Below the pieces are notes generated by a model. It was not told where the DNA came from and did not search any database. It saw nothing but the letters and a program-made list of their open reading frames with translations. From Alphaproteobacteria bacterium (GTDB taxonomy: Bacteria > Pseudomonadota > Alphaproteobacteria > SP197), in NCBI GenBank assembly GCA_964291415.2, contig OZ219920.1, positions 448,001-512,000 of the forward strand: a DNA stretch of 64,000 nucleotides, read 5' to 3'. Numbering within the stretch: the stretch's first letter is position 1; every line of letters starts with the position of its first letter. Below are positions 27,732-37,198 of the stretch, piece by piece. A program made the translations under genes and the position numbers.

Positions 27732-30700
27732 TCAATCGACTTCTACACCATACCCTGCATATCGAACCTCGGGCATTGCGTCCGCCTTTGCTTCTTTGAT
27801 ACAGGTCTCCGTAAACCTTTCAACTACCCCGCCCTTTCGCAGCGCCATGCAAATTTCCACGACCGCCTTCCTTTGCAACCCAACGTCTGAGCTACGAGTT
27901 TCATCCTCCCAATTTCTGTAATCTGTTTCCGCCCACATCAATTCCAGAGCTGCCACAAGTCGGCCAACATCCTCCTTAGGCACATTGCCTGCTTCCGCAA
28001 ATTTCTGCACCCAGATTAGCGCACCCAGCAGTCCAGGCTCCCGTCTCATTACACAAATGGAAAGAATGTCACTAACAATCTCCGGTGGTATCTGATCGCT
28101 CAACTCCTCAAACCAAAAAACCGCGTTTAATGCCATGTTGATGATATCTGAATCGTGGCTGATCAATCCTTTTTGGATAAGTCGAGTCGCACGATCCCGT
28201 AATTCCGGAACCTTGCTAGCTATTACAGGCGCGGCACAAATCAAATGTGGTCTATCCAATGACTCAATTCTTACCAAAAGATCGTCAACCTTTGCTCGAT
28301 CACCACCGAACACCGAACTAGAAGGTAGCACGGTCGAAGCCAAACACCGTCCCATGCGTATCATAATATTTCGATCTTCTATGCCACGATCCACAAATGG
28401 ATCGCGCATCTTGGGTCTAGGTCTCCATTGAAGAATATTTTCCAGTATTTTATCCGCATCTTTGACGTCTAGCATAAACGGACTATACTTTCTATTCTCA
28501 TCGAATGACACTCCATCTAGACTCACCAGACTATCTTCGGTCATATTTCCTTGTACTAGTTCGGCTACCACGGTCTTCTGAAAAATCTCTTCACCATTTT
28601 GATTCTCCGCGTCTGGGAGTAGACGAATAATGTGTGGGTACAATGCACACGCCGCTGGACTACCATCCTCGCTTACATGACTCCAAATTGCGCCTCCGTA
28701 CTCATCAATCTCATGCTCCGTCAACAAGTCGGCCTGACTTAGCTCGAATAACCTATATATTGCGTCTCCCCGCGACACATCACAACTCCCTTCCGCCGCA
28801 ACACGGCACATTCTTTCTATCACACCCGGCCACTCACTGGTTCGCGTTGCGTGCCGCCAAACCTCTACATCCATCACTTCCAACACAGCAGTCCAATTGA
28901 CCGTCTCCTTAGCCACCAAATCCTTTTCGCAGGCGAATGGAAGTTTAAGGAGAATAAGGCACACCTCCGATCTTCGATTTGGTTCTACTGCCGCCAAGCT
29001 TCTTGCGATTAGAGTCGCTAAATTAGGAAAGAAATTGTGCGATACATGATCGTACCGCCGTGCCAGCCTTGCTCCAAATCGGATCAGATCCAATGCTTCC
29101 TCTGTTCCACATCGCATAGAGAGAAACGACAACACTTCTAGCAGCGCCGTGGCGATTTCCGGTCTGTTAGACCATGTTCTGTATGATGGGTCGAAAGCCC
29201 CTTGGTCAACTCTCCTCAACATGAAGTCTATCGCAGCGGTGATTCTTTCGATCATGTCTCGGACTAGATCAATGTCGATTCTCGCAACCAAGGAGCGCGA
29301 GAATTGTTCCCGTATTGCATCTAGTCGCCCATTTACAACACACCTCAAACTCCACCATATGCGCAATCTCTGGTCTTGATGCGAACATAAGGTTGCGTCT
29401 GTAAACCGTGATGCCAGCAAATCTGTATGTCCTAAACGAAGAGGTACGCCCACTACTTCAGATAGCCAGACAAGTTCCGCGTCTGGAAACGCCACTCCGA
29501 CTCCGTAGAACTTCCTGCCAGGAACAACGTAACTGCCGGGATCAAAGCTGGGTACCCGAGTCCGAAAGGCCGCAGCTCGGTCCTTCGAAGCCTTCACTAT
29601 CTCAGCATCTTGCCAATGTACCTCCTCCCACGGGTCTGTTCTCGCCTCTCTGTATCGAGTATTAGCCCCTTCCTGTTTGTGCTCAAATCCTAGTTTGGAA
29701 AGTTCGTAACGCGCCGCATCCAACAGCCAAGACGCCCATGCCTCCCTTGACAATAGCCAAATTGAGTTCGGACTTTGAGCGCGACGGTCCTTTATGACGC
29801 GGAAAGCTTCGTACACAAGTTGTACTGGCTCTCGTGAGTCTCCCAGCTCACTCAACAAAGCAGCGCGTCGAATCTTCCAAATAGGATCATCACCCTCAAT
29901 CTTGTCGATATGGTTCATCATTGAAGCATAATCCTGATATTCCCGCGCCATTAGACATCTTTCGTAACTTGCCTCAGCAACAGCAATGGGACTATTCAGT
30001 GCCTCTAGCAGTTCCACTCTCTCCTCAAAAGGAGCAACATCATGGCTCCTACGTGCGGCTTGTGTCAGTCCGCGTCGCAAAATTACGCGGTCTTCTAATG
30101 GAAGTATGCGATCCCTGTCTTGTGCGACTATTTCGTGAACTTGGCGCTCCAAAGAATCAGTAAGCACATTGAACGAAACGTGGTGACGCCATACTACCTC
30201 AACAGCGAGCCGAACATTGTTGACAAGCGATGTGTCCAAATCAAAACTCTGCAAAGCTCGCAGTTCGTACATCAACTCAGAGCGTATTTGCCAACGATAC
30301 GACACCGGCATTACTAACCAGCCAGGATATGCTCGTCTATCGGACTGCAACATTTCAACTACTTCGTCTTCGCTGAGTGGCGTGCCTGTTCCTTTCGAGT
30401 TGTCCGCAAGTTTGGATATGTTCCATTCAGCAGGACGGGGACGACCTTCCTGCATAAAGTGGAGAAACATTTGCGTTGCGCAATAGTGGCGGTCATCGCC
30501 TACTTGGTCACGCACCAAGGGCGTAAGATCGATGACAGTCACGTTTCGCTCTTCAAAGTATCGACGGCGGGAATGGGACAGATCGAGCGCACCAATAAGC
30601 CGGATAGGTCGAGCAGACGATTCAAGATGATCCCGAACCCACCCGGACCACTCAATGAAGTTCGGATCATTGCCGGAAAAGCCCAACATACAGAGCTCGT

Positions 30701-31310
30701 TTTGAAGAAGCACTTGTCGGGCGAGGTTAACAAAGGCGGGAAATTCTGTTGGGTATTTTCGAAAATCCTCTTCCGTAAATGTGAATGGCCCGTGAGAGGG
30801 CAAGGTGCCATGGAGCTTTGTAATACGTGGAGAAGTGGTTCTAGCAATATCCGAGGTAGTACGAACTACGTCATAGGTCATGTCAGGGTTTTGCTGGACT
30901 GTTCGTTCCAGTAAAGTATCCCAGTTTGTGGTAAGCACGTCATTCCACGGGAGCTTGAGCAATTGGCTATGGAGGTCGCCAGGGCTCCATTCCGTGTCGC
31001 GAACCTTATCACGGATCAGATTTTCTAAAGCGCTTGGACCCAGCGCGGCACTATACTCTTGCGCCAATGCTAGCGGGTCGTGGCTAGCAGGAGTGTCGTC
31101 GTGGGGGTAAAGCTCCGCCAACATCGAATGCACGAAATCGTGCCACAAGGGAGGCTTAGGGACCGTTTCAGCGGCTCTCTTAGCAAACCTGCTAAATCCG
31201 GACCCAACCATAACCGCTGCACCGCGTATTGACCCCTTGTTCCATAGCGCGTCGCGAATTTGGCAAAGGGCGGCGTAGTCCGGCAATGAAGAAATGTCGG
31301 GATTTGTCAT
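27732..31310 (-). CDS. Large SIR2-like domain protein (DSR-like anti-phage NADase candidate)
   Basis: VGSGFS, TTNWDTLLE, KLHGT, GFSGNDPNF, then ~900 aa of apparently helical sequence; markedly lower GC than the flanks. Confidence 0.85.
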   Translation of the reverse strand: MTNPDISSLPDYAALCQIRDALWNKGSIRGAAVMVGSGFSRFAKRAAETVPKPPLWHDFVHSMLAELYPHDDTPASHDPLALAQEYSAALGPSALENLIRDKVRDTEWSPGDLHSQLLKLPWNDVLTTNWDTLLERTVQQNPDMTYDVVRTTSDIARTTSPRITKLHGTLPSHGPFTFTEEDFRKYPTEFPAFVNLARQVLLQNELCMLGFSGNDPNFIEWSGWVRDHLESSARPIRLIGALDLSHSRRRYFEERNVTVIDLTPLVRDQVGDDRHYCATQMFLHFMQEGRPRPAEWNISKLADNSKGTGTPLSEDEVVEMLQSDRRAYPGWLVMPVSYRWQIRSELMYELRALQSFDLDTSLVNNVRLAVEVVWRHHVSFNVLTDSLERQVHEIVAQDRDRILPLEDRVILRRGLTQAARRSHDVAPFEERVELLEALNSPIAVAEASYERCLMAREYQDYASMMNHIDKIEGDDPIWKIRRAALLSELGDSREPVQLVYEAFRVIKDRRAQSPNSIWLLSREAWASWLLDAARYELSKLGFEHKQEGANTRYREARTDPWEEVHWQDAEIVKASKDRAAAFRTRVPSFDPGSYVVPGRKFYGVGVAFPDAELVWLSEVVGVPLRLGHTDLLASRFTDATLCSHQDQRLRIWWSLRCVVNGRLDAIREQFSRSLVARIDIDLVRDMIERITAAIDFMLRRVDQGAFDPSYRTWSNRPEIATALLEVLSFLSMRCGTEEALDLIRFGARLARRYDHVSHNFFPNLATLIARSLAAVEPNRRSEVCLILLKLPFACEKDLVAKETVNWTAVLEVMDVEVWRHATRTSEWPGVIERMCRVAAEGSCDVSRGDAIYRLFELSQADLLTEHEIDEYGGAIWSHVSEDGSPAACALYPHIIRLLPDAENQNGEEIFQKTVVAELVQGNMTEDSLVSLDGVSFDENRKYSPFMLDVKDADKILENILQWRPRPKMRDPFVDRGIEDRNIMIRMGRCLASTVLPSSSVFGGDRAKVDDLLVRIESLDRPHLICAAPVIASKVPELRDRATRLIQKGLISHDSDIINMALNAVFWFEELSDQIPPEIVSDILSICVMRREPGLLGALIWVQKFAEAGNVPKEDVGRLVAALELMWAETDYRNWEDETRSSDVGLQRKAVVEICMALRKGGVVERFTETCIKEAKADAMPEVRYAGYGVEVD

Positions 31311-31732
31311 GTAACGGACACTCCAGTCGCACGAAACGCTCTCGCAGATATCGTCAATCGGTCCCGCACAAGAACGTGCAGAGCGGCATCTCTACGGCCG
31401 ACAGGAACGGCTCGGACAGTTCGTCGAGAATCGCTCCCATTCGTCCGTGGAAGCGGAGTGATTGATGCCCTCCGCGACAAGAACACTAGCTTCTTCATTT
31501 CCTGACTCCTGCGCGGATCCTACGGTCCCGCCCAATCTATCAGCTGATCCCCTAACCGTAGCCTGCGGACGCGTTCGCCGCGTGCTGCGAATACTCCCCA
31601 GCCTCTCGACCCGTTCCCTGAATGTGTCCGCCAGGAGGCCGAGGCCGGTGGCGGTCGGCCGAGGCTGTTGTCCCCGAGTGGACCAGCCACCGCATTCCTG
31701 GACATTCGGAAAGTTGTGCACGGGGTCCCACC

Positions 31733-32713
31733 ATGGCTACCACCACCAAGAAACGTCGTCACTCCATATCTCCTTCCGGAACCGATGAAAACTCCCACTC
31801 TGCGCTCGTGAATTATGCCAGCAACGGGGAAGGGATCGCTTGCAAGTTTGCCATCAATGAACCCCTGGAGACCAACTTCCCTATCCCGTCACAATGCGCA
31901 GACCTGATTGGTCGCGGAGCGCTGTTGGCACTTTCCCACTCCGGCGGAAAGGACAGTCAGGCCATGACCATCCTGCTCTCCCGCGTCGTTCCCCGAGACC
32001 AGCTCGTTGCAGTCCACGCACCGCTCGGCGAGGTGGAGTGGCCCGGCACGGTCGAGCATATCCAGAACTCTATTCCCCCGGGCGTGCCGCTCATCATGGC
32101 CCCCGTTACGTCCGGCAAGACCCTGCTCCAACAGGTGGAGGAGCGGGGGATGTGGCCGTCGAAGTTTGCCCGATGGTGTACCTCGGGCACGAAGCGCGGA
32201 CCCATCGAGCGCGAGCTACGCCGCTACCTCAAGGCCCATCCGCGCTTCGCGGGACGGCTCGTCAACGCCCTCGGGATCCGCCGCGACGAGAGCCGCGACC
32301 GGGCGCGGCGCATCCCCTGGCGCCGCAACGATCGCATGAGCGCCGCCGGCCGGGAGGTCTTCGACTGGCTGCCCGTGTTCGACTTCACGACGGAGGACGT
32401 GTTCCGCGTCATCGCCGAGGCCGGCCAGACGCCGCACCCCGTCTACTCGTTCGGCCTGACCCGCTGTTCGTGCAGCTTCTGCATCTTCGCGTCGCGCTCG
32501 GACCTGCGCCGCGCGGCGGAACTCCGTCCGGACCTTTACGCCAAATACGCGCAGCTCGAACGGCGCATCGCCCACACGCTCTCGCCCACACGAAAGTATC
32601 TGCCGGAACTCACCGGCATTCCGGTCGAGAGCGCCGTCCGCACGTTGCCCCGGGCCCGCGGCCCCAAAGGAAGTATTCCGACGCGGCCCCGTGCCGCGTC
32701 AGTGTCGCGGTAG
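31733..32713 (+). CDS. Phosphoadenosine phosphosulfate reductase-family protein
   Basis: PP-loop SHSGGKDS, RWCTSGTK, GIRRDESRDRA, RCSCSFC; start uncertain. Confidence 0.85.
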   Translation: MATTTKKRRHSISPSGTDENSHSALVNYASNGEGIACKFAINEPLETNFPIPSQCADLIGRGALLALSHSGGKDSQAMTILLSRVVPRDQLVAVHAPLGEVEWPGTVEHIQNSIPPGVPLIMAPVTSGKTLLQQVEERGMWPSKFARWCTSGTKRGPIERELRRYLKAHPRFAGRLVNALGIRRDESRDRARRIPWRRNDRMSAAGREVFDWLPVFDFTTEDVFRVIAEAGQTPHPVYSFGLTRCSCSFCIFASRSDLRRAAELRPDLYAKYAQLERRIAHTLSPTRKYLPELTGIPVESAVRTLPRARGPKGSIPTRPRAASVSR

Positions 32714-32989
32714 CGGCTCCCCGTAGCGGGCGGTCTCCCAGACCGCGCGACTCGCGGGATGACGGTCCATCCAGTCCTTGTAACCGTCCATCTTGCGCTT
32801 CCAGTCGATTTCGCCGCCGATGTATTCGCCGGTCTCGTCGATGACCCCGCACTCGAGCTCCGCCGCGGTCATGTGCCACCACATGTCGACGTCGGCGGCG
32901 AGCTTTTCCTCGCTGATGCCGTCATGCCCCAGCCGCTTCGCGGTGATGGCCCGCGCGACCGCCTCGATGTTGTCGCTCCAGCTACCCAT
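32699..32989 (-). CDS. Hypothetical protein (96 aa)
   Basis: Natural composition and high GC3; no family recognised. Confidence 0.65.
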   Translation of the reverse strand: MGSWSDNIEAVARAITAKRLGHDGISEEKLAADVDMWWHMTAAELECGVIDETGEYIGGEIDWKRKMDGYKDWMDRHPASRAVWETARYGEPLPRH

Positions 32990-33246
32990 GCCCGCAAGTT
33001 AGCGCCGCCCCGGCGGACTCCGCAAGCCGTCCGTCGACTCCCGCCCGGCCGCCCCGTCCGGGGCCACTCCCGCATTCGCCCGCCGCGCCGCCGACGCTCC
33101 CACGCCGGTGGTCGCCCCGCGGCCGTTATCCCGCCGGCTCCAAGCCGTCCAGCCACCCGGAGACGAGGCCAGCCCGGGCAGGGGTGAAGACCGGAGGCCC
33201 GGGGAGGGTCTCCGCGCCGTGCTCCCGCCATTTCCGGAGGCTGCCC

Positions 33247-34278
33247 ATGACCGTTCCCGACACCATCTCCGCGGACTACACGCTGCGCCCGAGCGAGCTC
33301 GCCTCGGTGCTCGCCCTCCTGGTCGAGGCCCGACAGCCCTGCATCGTCTGGGGCCCGCCCGGCGCCGCCAAGTCGCAGATCGCCCAGCAGGTCGCGGCCG
33401 ACGCAAACCGCGAGTACGTCGACGTCCGCGCGCTGCTGCTCGACCCCGTCGATCTGCGCGGCATCCCCTGGCGCGACGGCGCCGACCGCACCCGCTGGGC
33501 GCCGCCTGCCTTCCTGCCCCCGTCCGACGACCCCGGCCGCTGGCTCATCAACCTCGAAGAGCTGCCGTCCGCCGTGCCGATGGTGCAGGCAGCGCTCTAT
33601 CAGTTGGTGCTCGACCGCAAGGTCGGCGAGTACGAGCTGCCCGAGGGCGCCTCGCTCATCGCCTGCGGCAACCGCGAGACCGACCGCGGGCGTGGTGCAT
33701 CGGATGCCAACCCCGCTCGCGTCCCGTTTCGTTCACCTGGATATCCGGGTCGACGCCGAGGACTGGCTGGCCTGGGGCGCAGCCAACGGTATCGCGGCCG
33801 AGGTGCTGTTCTTCATCACCTACGAGTCGGATCTCCTGCACCAGTTCGACCCGCAGTCGAAGGAGCGCGCGTTCCCCTGTCCGAGGACCTGGGAGTTCGC
33901 GAGCAACATCGTCAAGCGCCGCAACGGGCTCGACCCGGAGGCCGAGCGGGCGCTGTTCCGGGGCACGGTCGGCGAGACCGCGGCGGTCGAGTTCGCGGCG
34001 TTCCTCAAGGTCTGGCGCGAGCTGCCGCACCCGAGGGCGATCGTCAACGACCCCGAGAACGCGGGCATCCCGAACAACGCGAGCGCGCTGATGGCGCTCT
34101 GCGGCGCCCTCTACAAGCTCGCCTCCGACGTCAACTTCGACGCCATCGTCACCTACGCCCAGCGGCTCCGCCGCGAGGTCGGCGAATCGCTCGTCGGCGC
34201 GTGCGTGCGCCGCGAGCCCCTCCAGCGCTCCAGCGCTCGCCCGGCTTCATCCGCTGGGCGGCCGCCAAGACCCAGTGA
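33247..34278 (+). pseudogene. MoxR-like AAA+ ATPase with two indels (~33690, ~34220; possibly sequencing errors)
   Basis: GPPGAAKS, DLRGIP, INLEEL, ACGNRETD, PLASRFVH, PCPRTW; GGAGG RBS. Confidence 0.85.
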
Positions 34279-34289
34279 AGGAGAACGCC

Positions 34290-34424
34290 ATGCACTGGTG
34301 GGTCACCCACTACCCGGCGGGGGATGCCCCGTCGCGCAGGTACGCCGTGCGGGCACGCAGCCACGAGGCGGCGAAGCGCAAGCTCGCCGCCTTTCTCGAC
34401 GTCCCCGTATGGACGCTTCGCTAA
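34290..34424 (+). CDS. Small hypothetical protein (44 aa)
   Basis: AAGGAG RBS; MHWWVTHYPAGDAPSRRYAVRARSHEAAKRKLAAFLDVPVWTLR fills the operon gap. Confidence 0.6.
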   Translation: MHWWVTHYPAGDAPSRRYAVRARSHEAAKRKLAAFLDVPVWTLR

Positions 34425-34441
34425 CCCGAGAGGAGAACCCG

Positions 34442-35341
34442 ATGGACCTCAATCGAGACGCCATGCTGGTCGGCCTGCACATTGCTGCCTGGTCCGGCCG
34501 GCTCTACGACCGCCAGGCGAGCGACCACGTCGCCGTCGCCCACGACGCCTCGGCGAGCGCCGGGCGCTACAACAAGCGCCTGCTGCCCAAGGCCGCCTTC
34601 GCCGCGCTCACCTCGACCATGAGCGAGGCCCGCACGAAGCACTACGAGAACAGCCTGCCCTGGGACGACAAGGGCGCGCGGCTGCTCACCGTCGCCAACT
34701 ACGAGCACTACACCGAGCTCATGAACGCGCTCCGCGAGCGCGTGGTCCGCCAGCGCGCCCGCTTCATCGAGGACTACGACGACTATGTCGACCAGGCCCG
34801 GCTCGACCTCGGCAAGCTCTTCCGCATCGAGGACTATCCGTCCAAGGAGGCGCTTCAGGGCAAGTTCGCCATCCGCTACCGCATCACCCCGGTGCCGGAC
34901 GCGGACCACTTCATCGCGAAGCTCGCCTCCGACGACACCGACCGGGTGAAGCGCGACATCGAGCGCCACATCGAGGAGCAGCTCCACGACGCGGTGGGCG
35001 ACCTCTACCGGCGTCTCGGCGAGGCGGTCGGGCGGGTCTCGGACCGCTTGCAGGAGGACGACAACGGCAAGCCGCTCGTCTTCCGCAACTCGATGATCGA
35101 GAACATCCGCGATCTGGTCGACGTGGTGCCGCGGCTCAACATCTTCGGCGACGACGAGCTCGCGCGCCTCTGCGGGCAGGTGAAGGAGAAGATCGCGGGC
35201 GTCGAGCCGGACGCGCTCAGGCCGTCCAAGACCTTCGACCCGGCGGCGCGCGCCCAGGTCAAGCGCGACGCCGACGATCTCGCGGAGAAGTTCGCGGGCT
35301 ACTTCGCGCCGCCGCCCGAGCCCGTGCGGAAGGCAGCCTGA
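34442..35341 (+). CDS. DUF3150-like protein
   Basis: MLVGLHIAAWSG...NKRLLP...SLPWDDKGARLL...DYPS; position between AAA+ and vWA genes; GAGGAG RBS. Confidence 0.7.
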   Translation: MDLNRDAMLVGLHIAAWSGRLYDRQASDHVAVAHDASASAGRYNKRLLPKAAFAALTSTMSEARTKHYENSLPWDDKGARLLTVANYEHYTELMNALRERVVRQRARFIEDYDDYVDQARLDLGKLFRIEDYPSKEALQGKFAIRYRITPVPDADHFIAKLASDDTDRVKRDIERHIEEQLHDAVGDLYRRLGEAVGRVSDRLQEDDNGKPLVFRNSMIENIRDLVDVVPRLNIFGDDELARLCGQVKEKIAGVEPDALRPSKTFDPAARAQVKRDADDLAEKFAGYFAPPPEPVRKAA

Positions 35342-36784
35342 TGTCTGCCCGCGTACTCCAGGAATCGGCGCTCCGCGTCAGCGACTGCGTGACGGAGCTG
35401 CTGCGCAAGCAGCCCTTCTTCGGGAGCCTCGTGCTGAGGCTCCCGCTTCGCCCCGATGCGACGCGCGAGACGCTTGGCGACCGACGGGCACGAGATCCGC
35501 TACTCGCCCCGCTGGGTGGCGGAGACCGATTCGCACCTCATCGAGACCGCGATGGCGCGCGTGGTGATGGCCTGCGCCCTGAAGCACCACACCCGCCGGG
35601 GCGACCGGGACCCCGAGCGCTGGCAGATGGCCTCGCAGCTCGTCACCCATGCGCTCGTTCGCGACGCGGGCTTCACGCTCCCGCCCGACGCGGAAGCCTG
35701 GGACGGGCTCACCGTCGAGCAAGCCTACGACCGCCTCCAGGCCGAGGACGGCGACCCCGGCGACGACGGCGACGCGCCCTCCGATACCGCCGGAGCCGGT
35801 GCCTCGCCCGCCGGCCAATCCTCGCCCGACGGCGATGACGAGGACTCCGACGACGACACCGATTCCGCCGCCGCCGACAGCGACGGCCCCGACGATGACG
35901 GCGACAGCGACGGCCGGGACGATGACGGCGACGGCGATTCTGACGGCGAGGCCGGAGGCGACCAGGACGGGGACGGCCAGGACGGCAACGGCGAGGGCGA
36001 CGATGCTACGCCCGATGCGCCGCCCAGCCACGATCCGTCCGGCACCGGCGAGGTCATGGACGCGGACGCCCGCGCGGGCGACGACGGCGAGCCCGCCGAG
36101 GCGCCGGTGGACGTCACCGCGGAGGAGCAGGCGTGGGACGAGGCCATGCACCAGGCGCTCAACATCGCCCGCGCCGAGGGCAAGGTGCCGGGCCGGGTCG
36201 AGGAGACCATCCAGGGCGCCCATGCCAGCACGCTCGACTGGCGCACGCTGCTGCGCCGCTACATGACCGACGCGGCGAGCCACGACTATAGCTGGAGCGT
36301 TCCCAACCGGCGCTTCATCGACGGCGGTCTCTACCTGCCCTCCATCCGTTCCGAGGGCATCGAGACCATCGCCTTCATCATCGACAGCTCCAGCTCCCTT
36401 GCGACCGCGACACTCGCCGAGTTCTGGGCGGAGCTGCGCGAGGTCGCGGCCGAGATCCGCCCCGAGAGCGTCATCGTCCTCCAGGTCGACACGGTCCTTC
36501 AGGACGCGGCGGAGTACGCCGCCGACGACCTTCCCGACGAGATCGCGGCCAAGGGCCGGGGCGGCACCGACTACCGCCCGGGCTTCGCATGGCTCGACGC
36601 GCAGGGCATCGAGCCGAGGGTGTGCCTCTACTTCACCGACATGGAGTGCTCCGACTACCCGGAGACCGAGCCCGCGTTCCCGGTGCTGTTCTGCGACTAC
36701 GGCGACGAGGAAAGCCCCTGGCGGCACCCCGCGCCCTGGGGCGAGCGCATCAGGATCGCCCCCGACCGGCGGGCCTCGCCGTGA
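35341..36784 (+). pseudogene. DUF2201-type metallopeptidase-like plus vWA protein (+1 indel near 35475)
   Basis: QPFFGSL, ATDG..I.Y.P, acidic linker, DWRTLLRRY, YSW..PNRR, IDSSSS, GRGGTDY, YFTD. Confidence 0.85.
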
Positions 36785-37086
36785 TGCGCGCGATTCACGG
36801 CGCTCCCGCCGAGGCGCTGCGCCAGGCGCTCAAGGCCCTGGCCGAGCTGTCGTTCTGGATAGCGTGGACCTCGGACCCGGACCTCAAGCCCGAACCCGTG
36901 GTCAGCGCCCGCTGCATGCGGGACGCCGCGGCCGCGCTGCGCAAGGCCGCACGCCTCCTCGACCAAGCCGCCGACCGCGCCGACCCGCCGCCCCACACCG
37001 CCGCGCGTGCGGCCTCACCCGGCTCCACCGGGACCCCGGACGACCCGTCCGGTGCCGGCGCCGGCCGCCCCGCCGCCGGCGCCTGA
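36784..37086 (+). CDS. Hypothetical protein (100 aa)
   Basis: TGATG coupling to the vWA gene; MRAIHGAPAEALRQALK. Confidence 0.55.
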   Translation: MRAIHGAPAEALRQALKALAELSFWIAWTSDPDLKPEPVVSARCMRDAAAALRKAARLLDQAADRADPPPHTAARAASPGSTGTPDDPSGAGAGRPAAGA

Positions 37087-37198
37087 GCCCTGCAGCGACG
37101 GCGCCCGGAGTCGGAGCCGGGCCGAGGCCGGGGCGCGCGCGGGGCGGGCCGGAGAGGGCCGCGCTCCGCGCCCCACCCCTCATCCATGGGAGATCCGA

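Noticed and set aside
33692-35341. AAA+-DUF3150 fusion ORF
   Set aside because: Read-through caused by the indel near 34220; the downstream genes have their own RBS and starts
35745-36120. GACGGCGAC-like repeats
   Set aside because: Coding low-complexity Asp/Gly linker, not a DNA repeat array
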